A stretch of 64,000 nucleotides of DNA from IMG/VR virus record IMGVR_UViG_3300017917_002068, positions 32,001 to 96,000 of that record. One strand, written 5' to 3'. Below are positions 10,616 through 20,360 of this stretch, piece by piece; the stretch's first letter is position 1; each line of letters opens with the position of its first letter. The DNA comes from a virus. Under the pieces are notes generated by a model that made no database searches, was not told where the DNA came from, and saw only the letters and a list, made by a program, of their open reading frames with translations. A program made the translations under genes and the position numbers.

Positions 10616-11535
10616 AGGAATTATGGGTTGAAAAGTATCGCCCTAGTAAAGTCGATGGATATGTCTGGCGAGATGAGAATCAAAGAAAACAAGTAGAATC
10701 TTGGATCAAAGACAAAAGCATTCCGCATCTATTACTGAGCGGTAGTCCAGGTATAGGTAAAACAACCATGGCTAAGATGCTGATCCACGAAATCGGAATC
10801 GAAGATTATGATGTTTTAGAAATCAACGCATCGAGACAACGAGGTATCGACGAAGTTAGAGATAAAATTACTCAGTTTATCTCTATGATACCATTTGGTC
10901 CGTTCAAAGTTGTACTCTTAGACGAGGCTGATTATCTAACTCACGAGGCCCAGGCTGCTATGCGTGGTGTTATGGAGGAATATGCTAGTACCAGCAGATT
11001 CATATTAACCTGCAATCATCCTAATAAGATAATTCCAGCCATCCATAGTCGCTGCCAACAATTTCACTTTGAAAAGATCGATCAAACAGAATTTACCGCT
11101 AGGGTAGCAACTATCTTAGTCGAAGAAAGTATTGAATTTGATCTTGATGTTCTAGATCGATTTGTTTCTACGACATATCCAGATCTTAGAAAATGTATCA
11201 ACCTTGTACAACAAAATGTCACAGATGGGAAATTGTTATCTCCTAATCAGAATGATGCAGGTATGTCTGACTGGAAATTTAACATGGTGGATCTTTTCAA
11301 AGCAGGAAAAATCAACGAAGCACGTAAAATGTTATGCGGCAAACTCCGTGCTGAAGAGATGGAAGGTGTTTATCGATGGCTGTATGATAACATTTCATTG
11401 TTTGGAGATGAAAAAACTCAAGACTCAGTTATCATGGCCATTAAACAGGGGCTAGTAGATAATACTCTAGTAGTCGATCCAGAAATCAATCTTTCTGCTA
11501 CATTAATTAAAATTGCTAGGCTTGTGGAAAAATGA
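10612..11535 (+). CDS. Clamp loader AAA+ subunit (RFC small/T4 gp44-like)
   Basis: [26 protein letters not shown] motifs. Confidence 0.92.
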   Translation: MKELWVEKYRPSKVDGYVWRDENQRKQVESWIKDKSIPHLLLSGSPGIGKTTMAKMLIHEIGIEDYDVLEINASRQRGIDEVRDKITQFISMIPFGPFKVVLLDEADYLTHEAQAAMRGVMEEYASTSRFILTCNHPNKIIPAIHSRCQQFHFEKIDQTEFTARVATILVEESIEFDLDVLDRFVSTTYPDLRKCINLVQQNVTDGKLLSPNQNDAGMSDWKFNMVDLFKAGKINEARKMLCGKLRAEEMEGVYRWLYDNISLFGDEKTQDSVIMAIKQGLVDNTLVVDPEINLSATLIKIARLVEK

Positions 11536-11855
11536 CCTATCTAGTTACAGAAAACTGTATCAAATGCAAACACACAGACTGCGTTACAGTGTGTCCTGTA
11601 GATTGTTTTTACGAAGGCCCTAATTTCTTAGCGATCAATCCAGACGAATGCATCGACTGCGGTGTGTGCGTTCCCGAATGTCCTATCGATGCGATTGTTG
11701 CCGATAACAATCGAGACATTGATGTTATTTTTTGGACTGACTTAAATCGTAGGTTGAGTAATAAATGGCCCAACATCACTAAAAAGAAAGATCCGTTACC
11801 AAATCACAAAGATTGGGATGGAAAAGAAGACAAATTAAAATTGCTAGAGGAATAA
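11532..11855 (+). CDS. fdxA: 7Fe ferredoxin (FdxA-like)
   Basis: [30 protein letters not shown]. Confidence 0.9.
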   Translation: MTYLVTENCIKCKHTDCVTVCPVDCFYEGPNFLAINPDECIDCGVCVPECPIDAIVADNNRDIDVIFWTDLNRRLSNKWPNITKKKDPLPNHKDWDGKEDKLKLLEE

Positions 11856-12098
11856 ATGGAAGGTAGATATATGATCGTCAGCTATCTCCAAAAACCTAAC
11901 GGTAAATGGGATGAGCTAACCGAATTTAAGAAGCACTATAGAATGAAACACATTCAAAGTGCTAAGGTAATCTTAGACCTTAAAGAAAAAAAAGTTATTA
12001 AAAACGGATTGAACCCCAGCGCATCCTATGAAGATATGCTGGAGTTCTACAAACGTGTATTAGGTCCTAAACTAGATCCTCACCTCCCATCTGAATAA
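11856..12098 (+). CDS. Hypothetical protein
   Basis: 80 aa ORF with GAGG SD; its 3' end overlaps phoH convergently. Confidence 0.55.
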   Translation: MEGRYMIVSYLQKPNGKWDELTEFKKHYRMKHIQSAKVILDLKEKKVIKNGLNPSASYEDMLEFYKRVLGPKLDPHLPSE

Positions 12099-12823
12099 TC
12101 TTTGTAAATTTTAAGAATTTCTTTTACAGCATCGTGACGCTCAACGTCCTTTGCTGTAAAGTGACAGACATCGACATGTACATGATTCTTAAATTCATCA
12201 AACAAGCCTAAAAATTCTAAAAGACCGTTCGATGTCGGTCTATCAGCTTGTTGAAGATCCCCAGTCACTACCATTCTTGAATCGTCTCCTATTCTAGTTA
12301 ATAGCATCTTCATCTGACTTGGTGTTGCGTTCTGCATTTCATCAGCAATTATAAAACTGTTTTTAAAGGTCCTTCCTCGCATGTAGGCCAACGGACTAAT
12401 TTCAATCACCCCCTCTTTAATCATTTCTTCGATTTCGTTGGCATAGTAGTACTCTTCAAAAACGTCAAAAATCGGCCTAGTCCAGGGTTCCATCTTCTGC
12501 TGAAGCGTTCCTGGTAGAAATCCGTGTTGTTCATCTACGCTTACAGCGGGACGAGTAACCACAATCTTATCAACTTCCCCTTCTTGGAACAGTTTAACTG
12601 CCCATTGACAGGCTAGCATAGTTTTGCCCGTGCCCGCAGGCCCTATAGCAAATACTATGTTTTTCTGTTCATCTTGGAGTTTTAAGAGATAGTTCTCTTG
12701 ATTGAGGTTCTTAGGATATACTAGAACTCGATTTTTCTTTTTTGGAAGGAATTTATTTAGTTGTACTACGTTATCATATGGCTTAGTTGCCAGGTTTTTT
12801 GCTGATTTTCTTTGTTTCCTCAA
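12080..12823 (-). CDS. phoH: PhoH-family ATPase
   Basis: GPAGTGKT, GFLPG, YMRGRTF, DEMQN, GDLQQ. Start reassigned to the TTG at 12823, which lies 7 nt after an AGGAGG SD. Confidence 0.92.
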   Translation of the reverse strand: MRKQRKSAKNLATKPYDNVVQLNKFLPKKKNRVLVYPKNLNQENYLLKLQDEQKNIVFAIGPAGTGKTMLACQWAVKLFQEGEVDKIVVTRPAVSVDEQHGFLPGTLQQKMEPWTRPIFDVFEEYYYANEIEEMIKEGVIEISPLAYMRGRTFKNSFIIADEMQNATPSQMKMLLTRIGDDSRMVVTGDLQQADRPTSNGLLEFLGLFDEFKNHVHVDVCHFTAKDVERHDAVKEILKIYKDYSDGR

Positions 12824-12892
12824 AGGATAGCCTCCTAATAAAGTGAGCGGCACGGACCTTCGAACCCGTAGTGTCCGCACCGGACACAAAGT

Positions 12893-12900
12893 TATTTAAC
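12893..12900 (-). promoter_or_regulatory. Putative late promoter (GTTAAATA) for phoH
   Basis: NNTAAATA motif upstream of a structured leader. Confidence 0.45.
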
Positions 12901-12969
12901 AGCTTCCGTCCAAAATAATAACTTACTATATCGATTATAACGAAATAAATAAGTGTAGGGAAAATCAAC

Positions 12970-13491
12970 ATGCGCGATATCAAAGATATATTACATAACA
13001 TTGAAAACATATACGGTTCTAACAACGCTCTTAATACGCTAAAAGACTTTGAGCGTGTTTTAGACGAATTAGACGTATATGTGTATGACAACTGGATCGA
13101 CGGAGAGCTAGTTGAAGGCCCTGTTGAAAGCAGATACTGGGTAACCTGCACTTTTATGTGGTCCTACGAAAACATGCCGGATCCTGCAGGTGGGCAGCGT
13201 TTGTTAGATTACGGCTGCAAGGTAGCTTTTTACAAAGATAAAGTATCAACAGTAAGAAAAATTAAAACACCCGACGATATTCGTCCAGGTACAAGAAAAG
13301 GCAAGATCGATCTTAAAAATGTGTGGATGGTAGAGATCAAGATTCCTAAAAAACTAATGTTTGATATTAATAAGGGTTACAAAGATCTATCTAAAAATAA
13401 GATTTCCCAAGACGAGATAAAAATCGCTGATACTGAAATGATGGCAGAACCTGCAGATCAGCAACTAACACAAAACATGGCAGGACAATAA
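12970..13491 (+). CDS. Hypothetical phage protein
   Basis: 173 aa ORF; AATAAATA at 12944-12951 upstream. Confidence 0.65.
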   Translation: MRDIKDILHNIENIYGSNNALNTLKDFERVLDELDVYVYDNWIDGELVEGPVESRYWVTCTFMWSYENMPDPAGGQRLLDYGCKVAFYKDKVSTVRKIKTPDDIRPGTRKGKIDLKNVWMVEIKIPKKLMFDINKGYKDLSKNKISQDEIKIADTEMMAEPADQQLTQNMAGQ

Positions 13492-14231
13492 TGACAGAAA
13501 GAATACTAAGAGAAGGTCTCAGACCTAACGATCTAGAAGATATGGTTTATAATGTCTTTGAAGTCGATGCATTCCAATCAAAGATGGGAGATGATCGAGA
13601 CGTTTGTGTGTTGAGCTTTCGTGTTAAAGATAGATCTCCTGCTAGAGATATGATGGAATTTATCGAGAAAGGCTATAGTTATGTATTAGATGCCGATGTA
13701 AGCGCAGGTGAAGATCGTCACGGAAATTATCATGTTTTTGTAGAATTACCGAGAGGACAGCGATTACCCGAGTATATCCAAGAAATTACTAGCGGAGTGA
13801 AAAGACTAACCGGTATTGAAGAATGGAAATTTCGTCACTACAAAAGTTTCAAGAGCCACGACTTGTCTGAAGAAAGTTTGTCTATAATTCCTCAGACTCC
13901 TGCAGACTATGATATGATGCTAGAAAATATCAGAGTCGAAAGCATACAGAAATTTTTCTCTAAAACATATAAAGAAGAACTTATCGTCGAAGGTAACAAA
14001 GTTATTCTTAAGAAACCATTCGGAATACAGTTCAGTTTTAACATACAAGATTTCGGAAAGATTGATGAAATTCAAAAAAACATTACCGAAACAATGAAAC
14101 TAGATACAAAGAGCATGGCTGAAGTTATGTGGCTCACTAAAGTGTTAGGTGACTTCAACATAAACAAGTATGGTGATACATTCGTTCTCGAGGACGGAAA
14201 GAAAACCATGATCATTAAAATGGAGAATTAA
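13491..14231 (+). CDS. Hypothetical phage protein
   Basis: 246 aa ORF coupled to the upstream gene. Confidence 0.65.
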   Translation: MTERILREGLRPNDLEDMVYNVFEVDAFQSKMGDDRDVCVLSFRVKDRSPARDMMEFIEKGYSYVLDADVSAGEDRHGNYHVFVELPRGQRLPEYIQEITSGVKRLTGIEEWKFRHYKSFKSHDLSEESLSIIPQTPADYDMMLENIRVESIQKFFSKTYKEELIVEGNKVILKKPFGIQFSFNIQDFGKIDEIQKNITETMKLDTKSMAEVMWLTKVLGDFNINKYGDTFVLEDGKKTMIIKMEN

Positions 14232-14233
14232 TA

Positions 14234-14866
14234 ATGAGCGGATTTACATTTGAGTTTAAAAAAGAGCATCTAAAAGAAATTATCGGACCGAATCCTTATT
14301 TGGATTATTGGTACAATGCTATTTGCGAAATCCTTCCAGTATATGAAATCCATACACCAGAACGTGTAGCAGCATTTCTAGCCCAGTGTGCGCATGAAAG
14401 TGGTAACTTTAAATTCCTAAAAGAAAATTTAAACTATCGTGCAGAAAGTCTAACAAAAACATTTTCTAAATACTTTCCAGATCTAGCCACAGCGAAACAA
14501 TATGAAAAACAACCAGAAAAGATCGCCAACAAGGTCTATGCTAATCGTATGGGCAACGGAGACGAAGCCAGCGGTGATGGATTCCGTTATTTAGGTCGTG
14601 GTCTTATTCAATTAACTGGTAAAAACAATTATACATTGTTTGCTGCCGCGATCGATACACCATTAGAACAAATTCCAGAGTACCTACAGACATTTGAAGG
14701 TGCTATACAATCAGCTTGCTGGTTCTGGGAACAGAATAATTTAAATCAATGGGCAGATAAAAAAGATATTCTTACACTAACCAAACGTATCAATGGTGGT
14801 ACTATTGGTCTAGCAGACAGAGAAAAACATTATAAACACGCATTACATATGTTCGGGATTCATTAA
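14234..14866 (+). CDS. Endolysin, glycoside hydrolase family 19
   Basis: AAFLAQCAHES, ENLNY, YLGRGLIQLTGKNNY, TKRINGG. Confidence 0.9.
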   Translation: MSGFTFEFKKEHLKEIIGPNPYLDYWYNAICEILPVYEIHTPERVAAFLAQCAHESGNFKFLKENLNYRAESLTKTFSKYFPDLATAKQYEKQPEKIANKVYANRMGNGDEASGDGFRYLGRGLIQLTGKNNYTLFAAAIDTPLEQIPEYLQTFEGAIQSACWFWEQNNLNQWADKKDILTLTKRINGGTIGLADREKHYKHALHMFGIH

Positions 14867-14868
14867 TC

Positions 14869-15369
14869 ATGTTCGGAATCGGTGGCGCCATTAAAGCAAT
14901 CGTAGCACTTATTATAGTGCTTGTAGTCGCTGTTGGCGGGTATTTTTTAATTAACCTTAAAGCAGATCTAGCCATAGCTCAACAAAATGCCAAAGCTCTA
15001 GAAGACGGAGTTAAAGCACAACAAGAAACCATGGCTCAGATGAAAGCAGACCAACAAAAAATCAAGGAGCTGAATAATGAACTTAACACCACAATTAAGC
15101 TACAAAACAAAGATATGGAGAATCTTAAAGATAGGTTCTCAACAACTGCCAGTGGTGAGAAGCGCGACTTTGGTAAAACGGCAGCAGCCAAACCAACTTC
15201 ATTAGAACGTGCTGTAAATCGTGGAACCCTAAATGCTATGCGCTGTCTAGAAATAGCCAGCGGAGCAGAATTAACGGAAGCTGAAAAAAATGCAACTAAA
15301 CCAAGTGAGATCAATCGTGAATGCCCCTCGTTGGCTAACCCTAACTACAAGCCTGCTGCTGGTAACTAG
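14869..15369 (+). CDS. Inner-membrane spanin (Rz-like)
   Basis: N-terminal TM plus coiled coil, follows the endolysin and overlaps a lipoprotein gene. Confidence 0.7.
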   Translation: MFGIGGAIKAIVALIIVLVVAVGGYFLINLKADLAIAQQNAKALEDGVKAQQETMAQMKADQQKIKELNNELNTTIKLQNKDMENLKDRFSTTASGEKRDFGKTAAAKPTSLERAVNRGTLNAMRCLEIASGAELTEAEKNATKPSEINRECPSLANPNYKPAAGN

Positions 15370-15724
15370 TCTTACCGGCTGTGCCAGTTTCGACTTCTTA
15401 GGGAAGCGTGAGAAGCCTATTGAGATCACAACTAAGGCAGCAGAAAAAACTCCATTAGATATTGCACAACCAGATCCTTTAAAATTAAAACCGATCGAAT
15501 GGGTTTTAGTAACTCCGGGCAATCAAGAAGAAGTATTTAAGAAATTAGAAGAAAAAGGCAACGACCCGGTGATATTTGCATTAACCGCCGACGGTTATCA
15601 ACAGTTGGCTGTAACTATCGCTGAATTAAGAAACCTAATCAACACACAACGTAATATTATTATCAAATATAAAGAGTATTACGAACCTAAGAAAGAAGAA
15701 ACTAAAACCGAAGAAAAGAAATGA
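15290..15724 (+). CDS. Outer-membrane spanin lipoprotein (Rz1-like); true start may be the GTG at 15317
   Basis: Lipobox LTGC after a hydrophobic stretch; overlaps the i-spanin 3' end. Confidence 0.7.
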   Translation: MQLNQVRSIVNAPRWLTLTTSLLLVTSLTGCASFDFLGKREKPIEITTKAAEKTPLDIAQPDPLKLKPIEWVLVTPGNQEEVFKKLEEKGNDPVIFALTADGYQQLAVTIAELRNLINTQRNIIIKYKEYYEPKKEETKTEEKK

Positions 15725-15939
15725 ACAATGAAGTAAAGGAAATCAATTGGTGGCAGAAATTTCTTAGAAAAAAAGCTAAACTAACTTATTGGCTGGGCTC
15801 ACAGGTCTATGTTATTGAAGTTTGCGATTTTACCGAGAAGTCACCAGAATGTATAGTTTTCAAAGATTATTATACTAAAAAAGCTATTATGGTCAAACAT
15901 AATATTCCTATTACCTATGTGTTGGAAGAAGTAAAATGA
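15721..15939 (+). CDS. Hypothetical protein
   Basis: 72 aa ORF with ATGA overlaps at both ends. Confidence 0.5.
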   Translation: MNNEVKEINWWQKFLRKKAKLTYWLGSQVYVIEVCDFTEKSPECIVFKDYYTKKAIMVKHNIPITYVLEEVK

Positions 15940-16373
15940 GTAATGAAGGAGCGACAAACATGGGGAAAAGATTACAGGCAGAATCTTTTTACGATCAATT
16001 TGACATAAATCAAGACGGTATCGTTTGTGATGATGAGATGGCAAGAGCAGAACAAATGATGATGATCGAAAATGAAGATAAAAAACAAGATGCTCAAAGG
16101 AATATGGCATGGTTCGCATTAGGCGGTATGTTGCTATATCCTTTTGCTGTAGTACTCGCTATATGGTTGGGTTTAGAAAAGGCCGGCGAGATTTTAGGAG
16201 ATATGGCTGCTACATATTTTGTATCAGTGGCAGCTATCGTAGCAGCGTTTTATGGTAAAGAAGCTTTCGTGGCAAAAAATAATCCACCGGCTCCTGCGCC
16301 AACAAGAACTTTTGGGGCAGCACCTAGGCCAGCACCGAAGGGACCTGCACCGCAGCAGGATCAAGAAATCTAA
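15936..16373 (+). CDS. Putative holin-like 2-TM protein with EF-hand-like loop
   Basis: DINQDGIVCDDE loop, two hydrophobic helices, position in the lysis cassette. Confidence 0.5.
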   Translation: MSNEGATNMGKRLQAESFYDQFDINQDGIVCDDEMARAEQMMMIENEDKKQDAQRNMAWFALGGMLLYPFAVVLAIWLGLEKAGEILGDMAATYFVSVAAIVAAFYGKEAFVAKNNPPAPAPTRTFGAAPRPAPKGPAPQQDQEI

Positions 16374-16383
16374 GGAGATTAAT

Positions 16384-16659
16384 ATGAAATTATTTGCAAC
16401 AGCGTTATTCGCAGGTATGATGGTGATGGGCACAGCCGCATGTGCTAAAGAAGAACCAAAAAAAGAACCGGTAAAAGCCGAAGAAGTTAAAAAAGATGCG
16501 GCAGCGCCTCAATATAAGACTGTCTGTTTAGATGTACAGGGCAAAGACGGAAAACCAGTGATCGATGCTAAGACCGGTAAGCCAAAACAAAACTGTACCA
16601 AAGTTCGTGTCAGAGAAAAGTTTGAAGGCACTAAAATCGAAGACGCTAAGAAAAAATAA
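16384..16659 (+). CDS. Exported/lipoprotein-like small protein
   Basis: AGGAG SD; MKLFATALFAGMMVMGTAAC signal-like N-terminus. Confidence 0.6.
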   Translation: MKLFATALFAGMMVMGTAACAKEEPKKEPVKAEEVKKDAAAPQYKTVCLDVQGKDGKPVIDAKTGKPKQNCTKVRVREKFEGTKIEDAKKK

Positions 16660-16666
16660 TCACTCT

Positions 16667-16695
16667 TTGACATTTTAAGAAAGGTATAGTATAAT
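16667..16695 (+). promoter_or_regulatory. Consensus sigma70 promoter
   Basis: TTGACA-17 nt-TATAAT. Confidence 0.85.
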
Positions 16696-16713
16696 TATTA
16701 CTATACCTTTTTT
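16680..16713 (+). terminator. Rho-independent terminator
   Basis: AAAGGTATAGTA-taattat-TACTATACCTTT followed by Ts. Confidence 0.7.
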
Positions 16714-16718
16714 CATCT

Positions 16719-17525
16719 ATGACAGATTATTATAAAATATTAGGCATTAATAAAAATGCCACAGCAGAAGAAATCAAAAAGGCATATCGCGGTCTTGCGA
16801 TGAAGCATCACCCCGATCGTGGCGGTGATGAAAAAAAATTCAAAGAGATCGAAGAAGCTTATAGAATTTTGAGCGATCCTGCACAAAAAGCCAATTACGA
16901 TAATCCAAATCCGTTTGGCAGCGGGAATATAAACGAGGAAGTTTTCGAGCAGTTTTTTAGGAATCCTTTTGGATTCGGTAACGGTTTTAGATCCTCTCCA
17001 AAAAATCCTAGCATACATGTAACCATTGACATAACTTTAGAAGATGCGTTTCGAGGAAAAACTATAGATGCAGAAATAGGATTGTCAAATGGAAAAACTA
17101 AATTAGTGTCTATTAATATTCCTCCCGGGATTGAAACAGGAATGCAGGTAAAATATAACGGCATGGGCGAAACCATACACCCAAAGTTACAACCCGGAGA
17201 CCTGATAGCTACTATCAGAGTTATGAATCATAAAATATGGCAGAGGCAGGGCGATCATCTTATCTACGAAAAAAGTATTTCTGCTTGGGATGCCATGTTA
17301 GGATCAACTTTAACAATAACAACTATAGATGGAAAGATGTTAAGTATTAATATACCATCCGGCACACAGCCAGAAACTACGCTAAGTTGCAAAGGTGAAG
17401 GAATGCCTAATGTAAGATCAGGACAAAGAGGGAATTTATTAATTAAAATTAAAGTTGAAATACCGAAAAACATTAACAAAGAACAGGCAAAATTAATCGA
17501 GGATATAAAAAAGTATGGAATTTAA
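16719..17525 (+). CDS. DnaJ/CbpA-like J-domain co-chaperone without zinc finger
   Basis: DYYKILG..HHPDRGG J-domain plus DnaJ C-terminal domain. Confidence 0.9.
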   Translation: MTDYYKILGINKNATAEEIKKAYRGLAMKHHPDRGGDEKKFKEIEEAYRILSDPAQKANYDNPNPFGSGNINEEVFEQFFRNPFGFGNGFRSSPKNPSIHVTIDITLEDAFRGKTIDAEIGLSNGKTKLVSINIPPGIETGMQVKYNGMGETIHPKLQPGDLIATIRVMNHKIWQRQGDHLIYEKSISAWDAMLGSTLTITTIDGKMLSINIPSGTQPETTLSCKGEGMPNVRSGQRGNLLIKIKVEIPKNINKEQAKLIEDIKKYGI

Positions 17526-18009
17526 ACTAGGGCCTCACGAAACATTAGTGCAGGTTAGTACGACATGGGAGTTTGATAAAGATCAGAATGCCGAACAGCT
17601 TGAAAAGGCTATGTGTGAATTTATGATTCAGGAAGGTGGTATTGGTTTAGCAGCAAATCAAATCGGATTATCAAAACGTGTATTTGTTATGGGTAGCAAC
17701 AAAATCGAAGGATTCCCGACTCCGTTTGCATTGTTTAATCCAGAAATTTTAGAAGCTAGTGAAGAACAATCATTAGACAAAGAAGGTTGTCTAAGTTATC
17801 CAGATTTGTGGATAAATGTAAAAAGGCCAGCTGTGATCAAGGTAAGGTATCAAAACAGCAAAGGCGATGTCATCGAAGCTGGTATGAGTGGATTGATCGC
17901 TAGATGCTTTCAACACGAATTAGATCATCTTAATGGCATTTGTTTTATAGACAAAGTCAGTCAGATGAAGTTACAATTAGCAATGAAAAAACTTAAAAAG
18001 AGAAAGTAA
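17515..18009 (+). CDS. def: Peptide deformylase
   Basis: GIGLAANQIG, EGCLS, QHELDH. Confidence 0.93.
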   Translation: MEFKLGPHETLVQVSTTWEFDKDQNAEQLEKAMCEFMIQEGGIGLAANQIGLSKRVFVMGSNKIEGFPTPFALFNPEILEASEEQSLDKEGCLSYPDLWINVKRPAVIKVRYQNSKGDVIEAGMSGLIARCFQHELDHLNGICFIDKVSQMKLQLAMKKLKKRK

Positions 18010-18011
18010 TT

Positions 18012-20360
18012 ATGTTAGAACCAAGTGAAAAATTACAAGCGGTTTTTGAAAAAGCGATTGACATCGCTCAAAGACTAAATCACGAATACATTACCTTAGA
18101 GCATCTTACTTTCGCTATAATGTGTGATGACGAGATTTATAATAGTCTAGGTGAGTTTGGTGCTAACAGCGAATTCATTAAAACTAATCTAGAACATTTT
18201 CTAAAAAATCAACTTAACGATATTGTTAATCCTGAAAATAAAAATAAACCACGCAGAACTAATTCTGTCGAACGTGTATTGAATCGATCATTTACACAGG
18301 TATTATTTTCTGGAAGGCAAAGAATTGAAGTTGAAGATGTATTAGTTGCCGTATTATCAGAAAAGAAAAGTTTTGCATATTTTTATCTAACAAAAGCAGG
18401 AGTAGTTAAAGATAAACTGTTGCAATTCTATCAAGGAAAATTTGAACACGAAGAAGAAGAAGGAACTAGAGCGGTGGCAGTACATCCTAACCAAATAGAA
18501 AAAATCCTAAACGCATACTGTACTAATCTGTCACTGATGGCTAAACAGAAGAAAATTGATCCAGTTATTGGCAGAGATGTTGAAATTGAAAATATTCAAT
18601 TGATTCTGGCTCGAAGATCTAAAAGCAATGTTCTGTTAGTAGGAGATCCCGGCGTTGGTAAGACTGCTATCGCAGAAGGTCTAGCACGTAAGATTTTTGA
18701 AAAGAAAGTTCCTAAGTTTATTCAGGATCATCAGGTTTATACTTTAGACATCAGTTCGCTGTTAGCTGGTTCAAAGTATCGTGGTGATTTTGAGGAAAGA
18801 ATGAAAGCAGTTCTTTCTGCCTTAGAAAAGAAAGGAAAGATCATCCTGTTCATTGACGAAGCACATATGATGAACGGTGCAGGTGCTGCTAATGGTTCTG
18901 CAAACGATATGGCCAATATGTTGAAGCCTATGCTGACCAAAGGTACTATGAAGGTTATCGCTTCAACTACTTGGGAAGAATATCGTAAGCACTTTGAAAA
19001 AGATCGCGCACTAATGCGCCGTTTCCAGCGTGTAACTATCGACGAACCCACACCAGAACTTACTGTTAAAATTCTTAAAGGTGTAAAGAAATACTACGAG
19101 CAACATCATAATGTTAAGATTACTGATGCTGCGATTGAACAGGCAGTTAAATTATCTATCAAATATATGCCGGATAAAAAATTACCCGATAAGGCAATTG
19201 ATATATTAGATTGTGCTGCTGCTCGTTATAAAATCAAAGATTTTGACGGATCGGATTCAGATATTATTAACTTTGTTGATCTCGAACAAGTCATGTTTGA
19301 AGTTGGTAAAATGGTAAATCTTCCGTTAGAGTCTGTGGCAGAAAGAGAATCAAAAAATCTAGCCAATCTAGAATCTTCTATGAAAAATTCAGTATTTGGT
19401 CAAGACGATGCTGTTGATAATCTTTTAGATAAAATTTTTGTTGCTCAGGCAGGAATGAAGGCTCCTAATAAACCTATTGGCTGTTTCTTATTCGTGGGCC
19501 CTACCGGCTGCGGTAAAACAGAAACTGCTAAACAATTAGCAGAAAAAATGAGTATGCCTCTTGTACGTTTCGATATGAGTGAGTATCAAGAGAAGCACAG
19601 TGTTGCACGATTGATCGGTGCTCCTCCTGGCTATGTAGGCTACGAAGAAAACGCAGGACAATTAATTACCAAACTGCAGGAAACTCCAAACTGTATTCTA
19701 CTGTTAGACGAAATTGAAAAATCACATCCAGATGTTTCTAATATTCTGTTACAGTTCATGGATAATGGGTTTGTTACAGGTTCTAACGGGAAACAGGCCG
19801 ACGGCAGAAACACTATACTTATTATGACATCGAATCTAGGTGCGTCTGATAACGAAAAGAATACTATCGGTTTTGGAGATCTAGCTAAAGAAGGTGAAGA
19901 TGATAAAGCAGTTAAAAAATTCTTTCCGCCAGAGTTTCGCAATCGCTTAGATGCTATTGTTAAGTTTGGAAAACTTTCTCAAGATACTGTTAAAGTTATC
20001 GTTGATAAATTCGTCCGTGATCTTAATAATCAAATCAAAGACAAGCATGTTGAGATTGTTCTAGATGAAAGTTCTAGAACATGGTTAGCTGAAAGAGGAT
20101 ATGACGCTAAAATGGGTGCTAGGCCGCTGGCTAGACTTATTGACAATGAAGTTAAATCTCCCCTTAGTAGAAAAATCCTGTTCGGGGATCTTAAAGAAGG
20201 AGGAAGAGTTTTTATCAGTGCTATCGATAATAAACTAACCTTTACTATTAAAAATCTCGGAGATGAATTATCGAAACTTGAAAAACGAGCCTTTAAGCAT
20301 CAGAAAAGAATCCAAGACGGTCAACCTCTCTTAACAAATGAACAAAGTCAAGCAAACTAA
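18012..20360 (+). CDS. clpA: ClpA-like AAA+ unfoldase
   Basis: Clp N-domain, GDPGVGKT and GPTGCGKT Walker A motifs, IGF loop (NTIGFG), no ClpB middle domain. Confidence 0.9.
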   Translation: MLEPSEKLQAVFEKAIDIAQRLNHEYITLEHLTFAIMCDDEIYNSLGEFGANSEFIKTNLEHFLKNQLNDIVNPENKNKPRRTNSVERVLNRSFTQVLFSGRQRIEVEDVLVAVLSEKKSFAYFYLTKAGVVKDKLLQFYQGKFEHEEEEGTRAVAVHPNQIEKILNAYCTNLSLMAKQKKIDPVIGRDVEIENIQLILARRSKSNVLLVGDPGVGKTAIAEGLARKIFEKKVPKFIQDHQVYTLDISSLLAGSKYRGDFEERMKAVLSALEKKGKIILFIDEAHMMNGAGAANGSANDMANMLKPMLTKGTMKVIASTTWEEYRKHFEKDRALMRRFQRVTIDEPTPELTVKILKGVKKYYEQHHNVKITDAAIEQAVKLSIKYMPDKKLPDKAIDILDCAAARYKIKDFDGSDSDIINFVDLEQVMFEVGKMVNLPLESVAERESKNLANLESSMKNSVFGQDDAVDNLLDKIFVAQAGMKAPNKPIGCFLFVGPTGCGKTETAKQLAEKMSMPLVRFDMSEYQEKHSVARLIGAPPGYVGYEENAGQLITKLQETPNCILLLDEIEKSHPDVSNILLQFMDNGFVTGSNGKQADGRNTILIMTSNLGASDNEKNTIGFGDLAKEGEDDKAVKKFFPPEFRNRLDAIVKFGKLSQDTVKVIVDKFVRDLNNQIKDKHVEIVLDESSRTWLAERGYDAKMGARPLARLIDNEVKSPLSRKILFGDLKEGGRVFISAIDNKLTFTIKNLGDELSKLEKRAFKHQKRIQDGQPLLTNEQSQAN

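Noticed and set aside
12824-12889. N-terminal extension of PhoH (MCPVRTLRVRR...) and a possible tRNA in this GC-rich stretch
   Set aside because: A strong SD supports the TTG at 12823. The GGTTCGAA resembles a T-loop, but no cloverleaf can be built.
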